From: Candidatus Latescibacterota bacterium | GTDB taxonomy: Bacteria; Latescibacterota; UBA2968; GCA-2709665 | Reading direction: 5' to 3' | DNA length: 64,000 nt | Assembly: GCA_965219995.1 (NCBI GenBank) | Contig: CBDCOX010000002.1 | Span: 2,848,001-2,912,000, forward strand | Shown: in pieces, positions 1 to 9,980 of the stretch | Numbering within the stretch: the first letter of the stretch is position 1 | Layout: each line of letters opens with the position of its first letter | The notes under the pieces: model-generated | Seen by the model: the letters and a program-made list of their open reading frames with translations, nothing else | Databases searched by the model: none | Told to the model about the DNA's origin: nothing | Position numbers and translations under genes: made by a program

Positions 1-62
1 CAATGTGGTGTGCAGCCCGCGAAAAGCGCCAATTCCGAACGACATGTGACGAAAGTCACGTT

Positions 63-1508
63 ATGAGGATGGTCGACTTCATTTCCCGGGTGCCAGGGGC
101 ACAATGGCTTCACAGGGGCAATCCATGGGTTACCGGTCTGGCCACGGATTCGCGAAGGGTCCGACCGGGAGATCTGTTCGTCGCCATCAGGGGCGGACAG
201 CTTCAGGACCGCCATGCGTTCGTGCCTCAGGCCGTGGCTGCGGGGGCCGTGGGAGTGGTGGTCGAAGAACCGGTTGAGGCGGACGTTGCCGTCGTCCGGG
301 TACCCTCAGCCCGGAAGGCGCTGGGAATACTCGCCGAAAGACTATACGGGTCGCCCTCGCGCAAGCTTCGGATGGTGGGGGTAACGGGAACCAATGGAAA
401 GACCACGACGGCAATGCTGTTACAGGCGTCACTGGACGCCTCCGCCGGGCCCTGTGGATTGCTCGGCACGGTTGAATACAGACTGGGCCGGCGGAGGATA
501 CCGTCTGTCATCGGAACGCCTGAAGCCCACGATTTGCACCGATTGCTGAAAGAGATGACGGACAACGGCTGCGATGCGGCCGTGATGGAAGTGACGTCGC
601 ACGGATTGGCGCTGGACCGTGTACACGGGATCGAATTCAATACGGCGGTATTTACCAATTTTTCGCGGGACCATCTGGATTTTCACGATTCGCTGGAATC
701 CTATCTGGCCGCAAAGAAGCTGCTCTTTGACAACTTGAATCCGGATGCGCAGGCCGTGGTTAACGCGGACGACGAGGCGACTGACCGCCTCTTGAGCGAC
801 TGCCGCGCCAGGGTCTTGTCCTTCGGCCGTTCGCCAGGAGCGGATGTACGAATCGCATCCGCGAATGCGGACGGCGGCGGCACGCGGATGGAACTGGAAA
901 CGCATTGGGGAACCCTGCGTTTTGCGCTGGCGCTTCAGGGCCGTTTCCATCAGATGAACGCCGCGGCTGCAATCGCCGCGGGGCTGGCGATGGATGCGGA
1001 CGTGGAGACGATTGCCGCGTCCATTCGGGACGTACAGGTGCCCGGCCGCTTCGAGAGCGTTCGGGAGGGTCAGGATTTCAGCGTGATTGTGGATTATGCA
1101 CATACTCCCGACGCGCTCGGGAACGTATTGCGGGCGGCCCGCGAGTTTACGGAAGGTCGACTGATCTGCGTGTTTGGATGCGGCGGCGATCGTGACCGCG
1201 GCAAGCGGCCGCAGATGGGACGTATTTCGGCTCGGATGTCCGATCTGACCATTGTGACGTCCGACAATCCCAGAACCGAAGACCCGGAGTCGATTCTCAG
1301 AGATATACTGACGGGTGTTGGACACGCTGACTATCGGGTCGAAGTTGACCGGCGGAAGGCGATTGCACTGGCCGTTGAATCTGCTTCGGCCGGCGACCTC
1401 GTCGTCATCGCCGGCAAGGGACATGAGAATTATCAGGATTTCGGAGTACAGAAGGTCCACTTCGACGACCGGCAGGTGGCGCGGGACGTCCTGAGGGGTC
1501 GCAATTAG
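63..1508 (+). CDS. murE: UDP-N-acetylmuramoyl-L-alanyl-D-glutamate--2,6-diaminopimelate ligase
   Basis: GVTGTNGKTT P-loop, MEVTSH, DHLDFH, DYAHTPD, GCGGDRD and DNPR (meso-DAP specificity) motifs. Start moved to ATG 63. Confidence 0.96.
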   Translation: MRMVDFISRVPGAQWLHRGNPWVTGLATDSRRVRPGDLFVAIRGGQLQDRHAFVPQAVAAGAVGVVVEEPVEADVAVVRVPSARKALGILAERLYGSPSRKLRMVGVTGTNGKTTTAMLLQASLDASAGPCGLLGTVEYRLGRRRIPSVIGTPEAHDLHRLLKEMTDNGCDAAVMEVTSHGLALDRVHGIEFNTAVFTNFSRDHLDFHDSLESYLAAKKLLFDNLNPDAQAVVNADDEATDRLLSDCRARVLSFGRSPGADVRIASANADGGGTRMELETHWGTLRFALALQGRFHQMNAAAAIAAGLAMDADVETIAASIRDVQVPGRFESVREGQDFSVIVDYAHTPDALGNVLRAAREFTEGRLICVFGCGGDRDRGKRPQMGRISARMSDLTIVTSDNPRTEDPESILRDILTGVGHADYRVEVDRRKAIALAVESASAGDLVVIAGKGHENYQDFGVQKVHFDDRQVARDVLRGRN

Positions 1509-1573
1509 CCCTTGGCGGGGCGCCGAACGCCCGCGGGATCGAGACTGGCAGATCGTCACCCGGAACGCGGAAT

Positions 1574-2998
1574 ATGGAAGGAATGACACTGGCGGAAGCG
1601 GCGGCGGTAATGGACGGAGCGTTGGTCGGCGCCGTCGATCCGGCAATCTGTCCGACGGGTGGGTGCATCGATACGCGGGTGTTGAACGCGGGCGAGTTGT
1701 TCTTCGCGATCGAGGGAGAGCGCGAAGACGGAAACCGGGATGGGCATCAATTTGTGGACGACGCCCTGAATAAAGGGGCGGCGGCGGCTGTCGTATCACG
1801 ACAGTGGGCCAAAGACCGGAATTCCCGAAGACGACCCGGAACGCTGATCGTCGTCGAGACTCCGGGCCTCGCGCTGGGCGCTCTCGGCAGCGCGTACCGC
1901 CGGCGATTTCGGATTCCGGTGGTGGGCATTACCGGAAGCAGTGGGAAGACAACGACCAAGGACATGGCGGCCGCTGTGTTGAGCACCCGGTACCGGGTGC
2001 TGTCCACGGAAGGCAACCTGAACAACAGGCTTGGGGTCCCACTGACTATGCTGCGGCTTTCAGACGACCACGAAGCCGCGGTCGTTGAACTGGGGATCAG
2101 CGAACACGGCGGTTTGAAATACCTGTGCCAAATTGCCGATCCGACAATCGGCGTGATTACAAATATTGGACCTGCACACCTTGAGTTTTTAGGCTCTGTA
2201 GAGGGGGTGGCCAAAGCCAAAGGGGAACTCCTGGATCATCTTGAAGAGTCTTCAATGGCTATCTTGAATCTCGATAACCTGTACGTGTCCAAGGAGCGAG
2301 CAAGACTAAAGGGGAGACTCCTGGGCTTTGGTATCGAGAAGATATGTCAGTTTCGTGGGGAGGGACTTGTCATAGACCAGGAGGGCTGCGGTCATTTCTC
2401 TCTGCAGGGCTGTTTTTTTCATCTGGCTGTACCCGGCCGGCACCAGGTGTATAACGCACTGGCAGCGGTGGCGGTGGGTGCGGCGCTGGATGTGCCCGTT
2501 GAACACGCCGCACGAGCACTTGGTGAATTTCGCCCTTCGAAGCTGCGGGGCCAGGTGGTCGAACGGGATGGAATCCGGCTGTTGAACGATTCGTACAATG
2601 CCAACCCAGCCTCAATGCGGGCGGCTCTGGAAACGTTGGCGCAGATGTCCGTCACGGGCGTCGGACGGCGGGTAGCTGTGCTGGGCGACATGCTTGAACT
2701 GGGCGCGTCCGCCGTCCAAAGCCACCGGCGCCTGGGTCTGCTTGCGGCCGGACTCGGAATCGACGCCGTATTCGCGTTCGGCGAGATGTCGGCGTACGTA
2801 TCTGAAGGCGGCGTATCGGGTGGTCTTTCACCGAAGCGGTCACAGGCATTCATGGACCGTGATACCCTGGTGGCTAGGCTCAGGGCTTTTCTCAAACCCG
2901 GCGATCTGGTTCTGATGAAGGGGTCGCGCGGACTGGCAATGGAAACAACAGCCGAAGCGCTGGGGTTTGAAACGAAACCGTCAGAAATGGGCGGCTGA
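1574..2998 (+). CDS. murF: UDP-N-acetylmuramoyl-tripeptide--D-alanyl-D-alanine ligase
   Basis: GITGSSGKTTTK, GNLNNRLGVP, NDSYNANPASM, LGDMLELG, KGSRG motifs; follows murE. Confidence 0.95.
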   Translation: MEGMTLAEAAAVMDGALVGAVDPAICPTGGCIDTRVLNAGELFFAIEGEREDGNRDGHQFVDDALNKGAAAAVVSRQWAKDRNSRRRPGTLIVVETPGLALGALGSAYRRRFRIPVVGITGSSGKTTTKDMAAAVLSTRYRVLSTEGNLNNRLGVPLTMLRLSDDHEAAVVELGISEHGGLKYLCQIADPTIGVITNIGPAHLEFLGSVEGVAKAKGELLDHLEESSMAILNLDNLYVSKERARLKGRLLGFGIEKICQFRGEGLVIDQEGCGHFSLQGCFFHLAVPGRHQVYNALAAVAVGAALDVPVEHAARALGEFRPSKLRGQVVERDGIRLLNDSYNANPASMRAALETLAQMSVTGVGRRVAVLGDMLELGASAVQSHRRLGLLAAGLGIDAVFAFGEMSAYVSEGGVSGGLSPKRSQAFMDRDTLVARLRAFLKPGDLVLMKGSRGLAMETTAEALGFETKPSEMGG

Positions 2999-3122
2999 CG
3001 ACGTTTCGATCCTGTACGTCGGGAGTCTGCAGCTTCTGAAATCTGGTCCTGAATTCACAATCCCGTTCCTTGATCCCAAGCCGGTCTCCGTATCGGGATC
3101 TCGTTTCCGATAAGCTGAATCA

Positions 3123-4298
3123 ATGACGACCGCAGGCAAAGAACGTCAGACCTATCTGCTGATGTTGCTGGTGATCGGGCTGGTTGGATTCGGCCTCGTG
3201 ATGGTGTATAGCGCCAGCACGGCCCTGGGTCAGGTGCGGTTCGAGAGCGGCCACTTTTTCCTGAAGCGGTGGGCGGTCCGCACGGTGGTCGGTCTCGTGG
3301 CGATGCTTTTGATTATGCGGGTGGACTATCGCTTCTGGGCACGATTTGCCCGGGTGTTGCTGGCCATCGGTTTTCTGGGATTGGCGGTTGTCCTGGTCTT
3401 CAAACTGGCCGGCATCGGCAAGGTGCGTGGCGCATACCGGTGGATACCGTTGCCGGGAGGCACGCTGCAGCCCTCGGATCTGATGCGTCTCGCGCTGGTC
3501 GTTTACCTGGCGGAGTCGCTTAGCAGGCGCCAGGGTCTGGTAAAAGACCTCGTTCAGGGTTATCTCCCGCATATCGCCATCATCGGCGCCGCAATGGGAA
3601 TGGTCATGCTTCAGCCGGACCTGGGAACGGCACTGGCGATTGGACTGACATGCACGCTGATGTTGTATCTGGCCGGTGTGCGGGTAAAGCACCTGGCCGG
3701 AACGGGGATGGTGCTGCTGCCGTTATTGTATATCGTCGTATTTGTTCTGGGATATCGAAAGGAACGGATGATGACGTTCCTGAGTCCGACGGACGACGTA
3801 CAGGGCGCCGGTTATCATGTGATGCAGTCTCTGCTGGCGCTTGGGAGTGGTGGATGGACGGGCGTGGGGCTCGGACAGAGTCTGCAGAAATATTTCTTTT
3901 TGCCGGAGCCGCATACCGACTTCGTGTTCAGCATCGTGGGCGAGGAACTCGGATTGGCCGGCACCGCCGGCCTGGTGGCCTGTTTCCTTCTCATCGCCCG
4001 CTGCGGTTTTCAGATCGCCCGTCGCGCGCCGGACCTGCACGGGTTCTTTCTGGCGTCAGGCATTACATTCATGATTCTGGTTTACGCGCTCGTGAACATG
4101 GGCGTATGCACGGGACTGGTACCTGCCACCGGACTTCCCCTGCCGTTCATCAGTTACGGCGGGTCTTCTCTGCTATTCACGTTGCTTGCCGTTGGAATTC
4201 TGATCAACATCGGGCGGCGCGGCGCGGCCGACCCGGGAACGCTTCCCCAACGTACCGGTACCGTCAGAATGTACAGGATGGGAGATCGCAGGATCTGA
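3123..4298 (+). CDS. ftsW: SEDS peptidoglycan polymerase FtsW
   Basis: Multi-TM protein with MVYSAS, QPDLG, LPEPHTDF, LPFISYGGSS; directly upstream of murG. Confidence 0.95.
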   Translation: MTTAGKERQTYLLMLLVIGLVGFGLVMVYSASTALGQVRFESGHFFLKRWAVRTVVGLVAMLLIMRVDYRFWARFARVLLAIGFLGLAVVLVFKLAGIGKVRGAYRWIPLPGGTLQPSDLMRLALVVYLAESLSRRQGLVKDLVQGYLPHIAIIGAAMGMVMLQPDLGTALAIGLTCTLMLYLAGVRVKHLAGTGMVLLPLLYIVVFVLGYRKERMMTFLSPTDDVQGAGYHVMQSLLALGSGGWTGVGLGQSLQKYFFLPEPHTDFVFSIVGEELGLAGTAGLVACFLLIARCGFQIARRAPDLHGFFLASGITFMILVYALVNMGVCTGLVPATGLPLPFISYGGSSLLFTLLAVGILINIGRRGAADPGTLPQRTGTVRMYRMGDRRI

Positions 4299-5404
4299 TG
4301 CCATTACGCCTGTTATTTGCCGTTACCCTGACCGGCGGCCACACGATACCCGCACTTGGCGTGGCGGCCGCGGTTCGTCAGAGGCGCCCGGATACGGTGA
4401 TCAGATTCGTCGGTGTTGCCCGAGGCGTCGAGGCCCGGCTGGTTCCGCGCGCCGGCTATGTCCTGGAGACGTTGCCGGTTATCGGTCTAAAACGCCAATT
4501 GCATCTGGATCTGCTGCAATTCCCGTGGTTGCTCCTGAAGGCCCTCTGTTCCGCTGTACGCATCCTCGTTTTCTATCATCCGCATGCGGTAATCTGTACC
4601 GGCGGGCATGTGGGCGGGCCGGTGGGCGTCGCCGCACGGCTGCTTGGTATTCCGCTGGTGCTGCACGAGTCGAACAATTTCCCCGGTCTCACCGTTCGCC
4701 TGCTCTCCCGCGCAGCCAGGCAGGTCTACCTGGCATTCGAAGGCGCGCGGCGACGCGTGGGCGGGCGTGAGAGATTCGTCGTGGGCAACCCGATCCGGGA
4801 TGGATGGCGGCGTGTAGACAGGAACACGGCTCGCCGGCGGTTTGGTCTGGACGTTGACCGGACCACGCTTCTTGTCATTGGAGGCAGCCAGGGTTCAATG
4901 GGAATCAACCGCGCAGTGGCGGAAGCGCTGCCGGTATTGACCGAACGCGGCTATCAGATTCTCTGGCAGACCGGCAGTGTGGGTTACGATGCAGCGGCAT
5001 CCGCGGCTCGCCCCTGCGGAGACCGCGTCGTCGTGAGGGGATTTATCGACGACATGGCGGGCGCCTACAGCGCGGCGGACCTCGCCCTGTCCCGGGCGGG
5101 CGCCATTACAGTAACCGAAATGACACATTTGGGTGTGCCCGCATTGATGGTGCCTTTGCCGCTCGCGACCGAGAACCATCAGGAATTCAATGCCCGTGCT
5201 GTTGTGCGAGCCGGAGCTGCGAGGATGGTGCTCGAATCGGAACTGAGCGGGGACAGGCTGGTAGAGGAGGTTATCGGGATGGTCGATTCGAACGGCCTTC
5301 TTTCGGAAATGGCCCGTTGCAGCCGCGATCTGGCCATTCCGGACGCGGCCGCGCGGATGGTGGTTGGAATGGCGCGAAGCGGACTCCTGCGTGGTGAGCG
5401 ATAG
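4298..5404 (+). CDS. murG: Lipid I N-acetylglucosaminyltransferase MurG
   Basis: TGGH, GNPIR, GGSQG, SRAGA, HQEFNA motifs. ATG overlaps the ftsW stop (TGATG). Confidence 0.93.
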   Translation: MPLRLLFAVTLTGGHTIPALGVAAAVRQRRPDTVIRFVGVARGVEARLVPRAGYVLETLPVIGLKRQLHLDLLQFPWLLLKALCSAVRILVFYHPHAVICTGGHVGGPVGVAARLLGIPLVLHESNNFPGLTVRLLSRAARQVYLAFEGARRRVGGRERFVVGNPIRDGWRRVDRNTARRRFGLDVDRTTLLVIGGSQGSMGINRAVAEALPVLTERGYQILWQTGSVGYDAAASAARPCGDRVVVRGFIDDMAGAYSAADLALSRAGAITVTEMTHLGVPALMVPLPLATENHQEFNARAVVRAGAARMVLESELSGDRLVEEVIGMVDSNGLLSEMARCSRDLAIPDAAARMVVGMARSGLLRGER

Positions 5405-5408
5405 CCGC

Positions 5409-6797
5409 ATGGTCAAATTGAAGCCGGGTTGCCGGGTTCATTTAGTGGGCATCGGTGGGGTGGGCATGAGCGCGGTCGCGGAACTGCTCGCCGAGCAGGG
5501 ATGCGTTGTGACCGGATCCGACCGCGAGGCCTCCGATCTGACGGATCGGTTGCGGACGCTGGGAATTCCGGTTCGGATCGGACATACGGAGGAGGCAGTA
5601 AGAGATGCAGACCTGGTGGTATACACCTCCGCCGCGGGAACGGACAATTCGGAGTTGAGGGAAGCCCGATCGAAAGGGATTCCAACGGTCAGGCGGGCCG
5701 ACCTCCTTGGTCAATTGACGACAGGGCATCGGGTCGTGGGCGTGACCGGTACCCACGGGAAGACGACGACGACAGCCATGGTGGGCGGGGTTCTCGAGGC
5801 GGCCGATCTGGACCCCACGGTGCTGGTGGGCGGAATTGTTCGCGGTCCTGAAAGAAACCTGCGGCCGGGCTCGCGAACGCTGTGGGCGGTCGAGGCCGAT
5901 GAGTTCGACCGTTCTTTTCTCACTTTGAGACCCGAGGTCGCGGTCGTGACGTCGCTTGAGGCGGACCATCTCGACTGTTACGGAGACATGCCGGCATTGT
6001 CTCGAGCGTTTCAGCAGTTTCTGGATCAGACGAGCCGATGCGCCGTGCTGGCCTACGACGCACCGTTCGTGCGGGAATTGAACGCGACGCATCTTGAGAT
6101 TCTCTCCTATGGGCTGGAAGAGGAAACGAGGATTTCCGCCCAACGATTGCTGCGCGACGGCCGCGAAAGCCGGTTTCGGGTATTCGACCGTGGAAAACCG
6201 CTCGGCGATGTTGTCCTCAGGGTTCCCGGAGGGCACAATGTCAGCAATGCGCTGGCGGCCGTGGGCGTGGGCATGGCGCTGCAGCTGCCCTGGAAGGCCA
6301 TCCGTTCCGGTCTTGAAGAATTCGGGGGCGTGCGACGGCGGCTGGAGGTGCTCGGCGATCCCGGCGGTGTGAGGGTGGTGAACGACTACGCCCATCATCC
6401 CACGGAGGTTCGCGCAGTCCTGGAGGCGATCAGGGAGGGATGGACGGGACGCCTCGTGGCTGTTTTCCAGCCCCATCTGTACTCGAGGACCAGAGATTTC
6501 GCGGTTGAATTCGGACAGGCGCTGAGTGAAGCCGACCAGGTCTGGGTGGCCGACATCTACGCCGCGCGAGAAGAAGCGATTCCCGGTGTGTGCGGTGAGA
6601 CGGTGGCTCGTCAGGTACGGATCGCCGGCTGTTCCGAAGTATTCTATGTCCCGGCCCTGGACGACCTCGAGCGTCGGCTGTCGGAGGCGCTTGCGCCGGA
6701 CGACCTCGTATTGGTGATGGGCGCCGGCGACGTGGAGCAGGTTGCCTACGGGCTTATTGACCGGTTGTCCGAGGGAGCACCGCGGGCCGATGCATGA
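5409..6797 (+). CDS. murC: UDP-N-acetylmuramate--L-alanine ligase
   Basis: GIGGVGMS, GTHGKTTT, EADEFDRSF, DYAHHPTE, FQPHLYSRT motifs. Confidence 0.96.
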   Translation: MVKLKPGCRVHLVGIGGVGMSAVAELLAEQGCVVTGSDREASDLTDRLRTLGIPVRIGHTEEAVRDADLVVYTSAAGTDNSELREARSKGIPTVRRADLLGQLTTGHRVVGVTGTHGKTTTTAMVGGVLEAADLDPTVLVGGIVRGPERNLRPGSRTLWAVEADEFDRSFLTLRPEVAVVTSLEADHLDCYGDMPALSRAFQQFLDQTSRCAVLAYDAPFVRELNATHLEILSYGLEEETRISAQRLLRDGRESRFRVFDRGKPLGDVVLRVPGGHNVSNALAAVGVGMALQLPWKAIRSGLEEFGGVRRRLEVLGDPGGVRVVNDYAHHPTEVRAVLEAIREGWTGRLVAVFQPHLYSRTRDFAVEFGQALSEADQVWVADIYAAREEAIPGVCGETVARQVRIAGCSEVFYVPALDDLERRLSEALAPDDLVLVMGAGDVEQVAYGLIDRLSEGAPRADA

Positions 6798-7728
6798 CGC
6801 TTCGAAACGGACGTCGCTCGCCCGTGAAATCCGGGCGCGCTGCAGGGGCGAACTTCTGGTTGATGAACCCTTGAAGAAGCACACCCATTTTGGTCTGGGC
6901 GGCGGCGCGGATCTGTTCTTCCGCCCCGCGGATCTGGATGATCTGATTGCCGCGGTGCCACTCGTTCTGGACTCCGAACTGCGGGTGCTGCCCCTCGGCG
7001 GCGGAACCAACATGCTGGTGAACGACGCCGGGTTCAGGGGGCTCGTTATCTGTCTGACCCGCGGACTCGCGGGAATGGCGGTCGAATCGGATCAGGGAGT
7101 TGCACAAGCGGGCGCAAGCCTTCAGGTGTTTTCCAGACGCTGCCAGCGTGCCGGACGAGCCGGGATGGAGTTCGGCTGCGGAATCCCGGGCACCGTGGGG
7201 GGCGCGATACGCGGCAACGCAGGGGCGTGGGGCGGGCAGATCATGGAGCGTGCGGCGTGGGTGAGAGGTCTGGACCTCCGGTCGGGCCGGGCGGTGGAGT
7301 TGCAGAAAGAATCAATATCGTACTCGTACCGCCATACGGCACTTCCACCGGGATTCCTGATCGTGGAAGCAGGATTTCAACTGGAAGAGGACGATCCGGC
7401 TATGGTCCAGACACGCATGGACGAAATGCTTACCCAGCGAAGGGGCTCCCAGCCCCTGTGGGCGCGTAATGCCGGTTGCATTTTCAAGAATCCGCCCGGC
7501 ACGTCGGCGGGGTTGCTCATCGACAGGGCCGGATGCAAGGGGCTGTCCGTAGGCGACGTCGAAGTGTCGGACGTTCATGCGAATTTCATCGTGAACCGGG
7601 GCGGCGGCACCGCTGCGGACGTGATCTCGCTGGTCCGCAGGGTTCAGGAAAGAGTACAGCAGACTTTTGGCATCGAAATGGCTATGGAAGTTCGCATCGT
7701 GGGCCAGCGGGGAATCGAGAACGCCTGA
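6790..7728 (+). CDS. murB: UDP-N-acetylenolpyruvoylglucosamine reductase
   Basis: LGGGTN, GIPGTVGGA, NAGA, AGCIFKNP, HANFIVN motifs. Confidence 0.95.
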   Translation: MHDASKRTSLAREIRARCRGELLVDEPLKKHTHFGLGGGADLFFRPADLDDLIAAVPLVLDSELRVLPLGGGTNMLVNDAGFRGLVICLTRGLAGMAVESDQGVAQAGASLQVFSRRCQRAGRAGMEFGCGIPGTVGGAIRGNAGAWGGQIMERAAWVRGLDLRSGRAVELQKESISYSYRHTALPPGFLIVEAGFQLEEDDPAMVQTRMDEMLTQRRGSQPLWARNAGCIFKNPPGTSAGLLIDRAGCKGLSVGDVEVSDVHANFIVNRGGGTAADVISLVRRVQERVQQTFGIEMAMEVRIVGQRGIENA

Positions 7729-7828
7729 AGCCGGGTACCGCAAGCGGTCCGGAATCCCCGGAATAACGTCTGTCTCGGAATCTTCTTGCATGTGCCCCAC
7801 GGCCTGCACTTAAATCGACGGAGGTCAT

Positions 7829-8623
7829 ATGTCCAGCCATCGACCGATCTATTCCCGGACGCAGGAACGTGAGCGGATTCCTGCCGAGGAACCGGAGAGC
7901 CGGCCGCCGGTCCTGGTATTGCGGTGGATTGTCATTCTGGCGCTTGTCGGATTGCTGCTTTTCGGGATTCAGAACGCATACTCCGCCCTCACCGATTCCG
8001 ACCTGTTCCGCCTGGACCACATTTCCGTCGCCGGTAACCGGCTCCTGGAGGAGAACGAAGTCACGGTACGCTCCGGTCTCGAAATCGGCGTCAACCTGTT
8101 TGCGGCCGACCTCAAGTCGGCCACGCAGCGACTGGTGGCCGATCCCGCGGTCAAGGATGCATTGCTGTTGAGGCAACCTCCGGGCGGGCTGCTTATTCAA
8201 CTGCAGGAGCGGCGTCCGCTTGCGCTGGCCGCCATGGCGGACGGATTGTACGGGTTGGACGAGGATGGCGTGCTCTTTCCACTGCCGCAGAAGCCGTTTA
8301 ATCTGCCGATCGTGACAGGTATCGATGCGATCGTGGACACGCCGGGGGTCCACCGGTTTTCCCGCCTTGTCGCGTTTCTGGAGCAGATTCGGTCGAATGC
8401 GCCGGCGTTCCTGGATGAGGTCTCCGAGGTACACCTGGTGTCTGCCACGGAGGTTCGCGTCTATCTGGTGGGAGATGGTCTGACACTTCGGATGCGGCTT
8501 GAAGACGCGGTCGACCAGGTCCGTCGTTTTGACGCGTTCGTAAACGCGGGGGCGCACAGAATCAGGACGCCCGTGTACGTCGATCTCCGGTTTTCAAATC
8601 AGGTCGTTGTGGGTACAGGCTGA
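7829..8623 (+). CDS. ftsQ: Cell division protein FtsQ/DivIB
   Basis: Single N-terminal TM, POTRA-like segment, C-terminal YVDLRF; precedes ftsA. Confidence 0.88.
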   Translation: MSSHRPIYSRTQERERIPAEEPESRPPVLVLRWIVILALVGLLLFGIQNAYSALTDSDLFRLDHISVAGNRLLEENEVTVRSGLEIGVNLFAADLKSATQRLVADPAVKDALLLRQPPGGLLIQLQERRPLALAAMADGLYGLDEDGVLFPLPQKPFNLPIVTGIDAIVDTPGVHRFSRLVAFLEQIRSNAPAFLDEVSEVHLVSATEVRVYLVGDGLTLRMRLEDAVDQVRRFDAFVNAGAHRIRTPVYVDLRFSNQVVVGTG

Positions 8624-8680
8624 ATTTTTCGCGGACCTGTATACGGCACATGTCCGGCAGAAGCCGGAAAGGAAGCGAGG

Positions 8681-9916
8681 ATGGCCAAAGGGGACCAGAT
8701 CGTTGGAATGGATATCGGTACGACCAAGATCTGCGTGGTCGTGGCCGAGGCAGAGGAAGACGATCAGCTCAGGATTACGGGCATTGGCACCAGCCCGTCC
8801 AACGGACTGAAACGCGGAGTTGTGGTGAACGTTGCACAAACCGTCCAATCCATCCAACGCGCCGTCGAAGAAGCGGAACAGGCTTCCGAAGTACGAATAG
8901 GGGCCGTTTACGCCGGGATCGCGGGGGATCACATTCGCAGCCTCAATTGCCGAGGTGTGATCGCCGTTTCCGGAAACGACAACGAGATTACCGCTCAGGA
9001 CGAAGCGCGTGTGATCGAAACCGCCAAGGCCGTTTCGATTCCCATGGACCGGGAAATCATACACGTGTTGCCTCAATCGTTCGTCGTGGACGACCAGCCC
9101 GGCGTCAAGAATCCCATTGGAATGTCGGGCGTGCGTCTCGAGGCCGACGTACATATGGTAACCGGGGCCGTGACTTCGGCGCAGAACATCTGCAAGAGCA
9201 TCCGACGGGCGGGTGTTGAGGTCGTGGATCTCGTGCTGGAACCGCTGGCATCCAGCTACGCCGTTTTGTCGCCCGAAGAAGAGGAGATGGGCGTAACCGT
9301 GGTCGACATCGGCGGCGGCACCACCGACGTCGCGGTATTTTACGACGGCAGCATTCGACATACGGCGGTCGTGGGGTTGGGCGGCGTGAACGTGACCAAC
9401 GACATTTCGATCGGCCTGAGAACGCCGCTGGTCCAGGCGGAGAGCATCAAACGCTCCCGCGGCTGTTCGTCGAGGTCGAAGGACGATAAGGATGAGACCA
9501 TAAAGGTTCCAGGAATTGGCGGACGGCCCTCCTACGATGTGCCTCGCGTGGAACTGACGGCGATTATCGAGGCGCGCATGGAGGAAATCTTCACCCTGGT
9601 CCATCGGGAAATACGCAGGACCGACTATGCGGATCTGCTGGCGGCAGGCGTCGTCATTACCGGCGGCGGATCGATGCTCGAGGGGACCGCTGAGCTGGCT
9701 GAGGAGGTATTTGGAATGCCCGTCAGCGTGGGCATGCCGAACGGCGTTACCGGCCTTTCGGACGACGCCACCGCCCCCATTTACGCGACTGGCGTCGGCC
9801 TTGTGAAATTCGGTCTGCAGCAGCGGGAATCCGGCGGAACGATGCGTGTTGGGGGAAATGGTTCTATCGGATCCGTACTGGGCAGAATGAAGGCGTGGGT
9901 GAAGGATTTTTTCTAG
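8681..9916 (+). CDS. ftsA: Cell division protein FtsA
   Basis: DIGTTKI, DIGGGTTD, ITGGG actin-like ATPase motifs. Confidence 0.97.
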   Translation: MAKGDQIVGMDIGTTKICVVVAEAEEDDQLRITGIGTSPSNGLKRGVVVNVAQTVQSIQRAVEEAEQASEVRIGAVYAGIAGDHIRSLNCRGVIAVSGNDNEITAQDEARVIETAKAVSIPMDREIIHVLPQSFVVDDQPGVKNPIGMSGVRLEADVHMVTGAVTSAQNICKSIRRAGVEVVDLVLEPLASSYAVLSPEEEEMGVTVVDIGGGTTDVAVFYDGSIRHTAVVGLGGVNVTNDISIGLRTPLVQAESIKRSRGCSSRSKDDKDETIKVPGIGGRPSYDVPRVELTAIIEARMEEIFTLVHREIRRTDYADLLAAGVVITGGGSMLEGTAELAEEVFGMPVSVGMPNGVTGLSDDATAPIYATGVGLVKFGLQQRESGGTMRVGGNGSIGSVLGRMKAWVKDFF

Positions 9917-9980
9917 GAAACGGATGGGCCGATCGAACGGGTCCGCACCCTCCACAATGCGAATTGAAAGGAGAGACTGA

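Noticed and set aside
3000-3113. mraY remnant (FTIPFL) in the murF-ftsW gap
   Set aside because: Similarity is too short to distinguish from chance.
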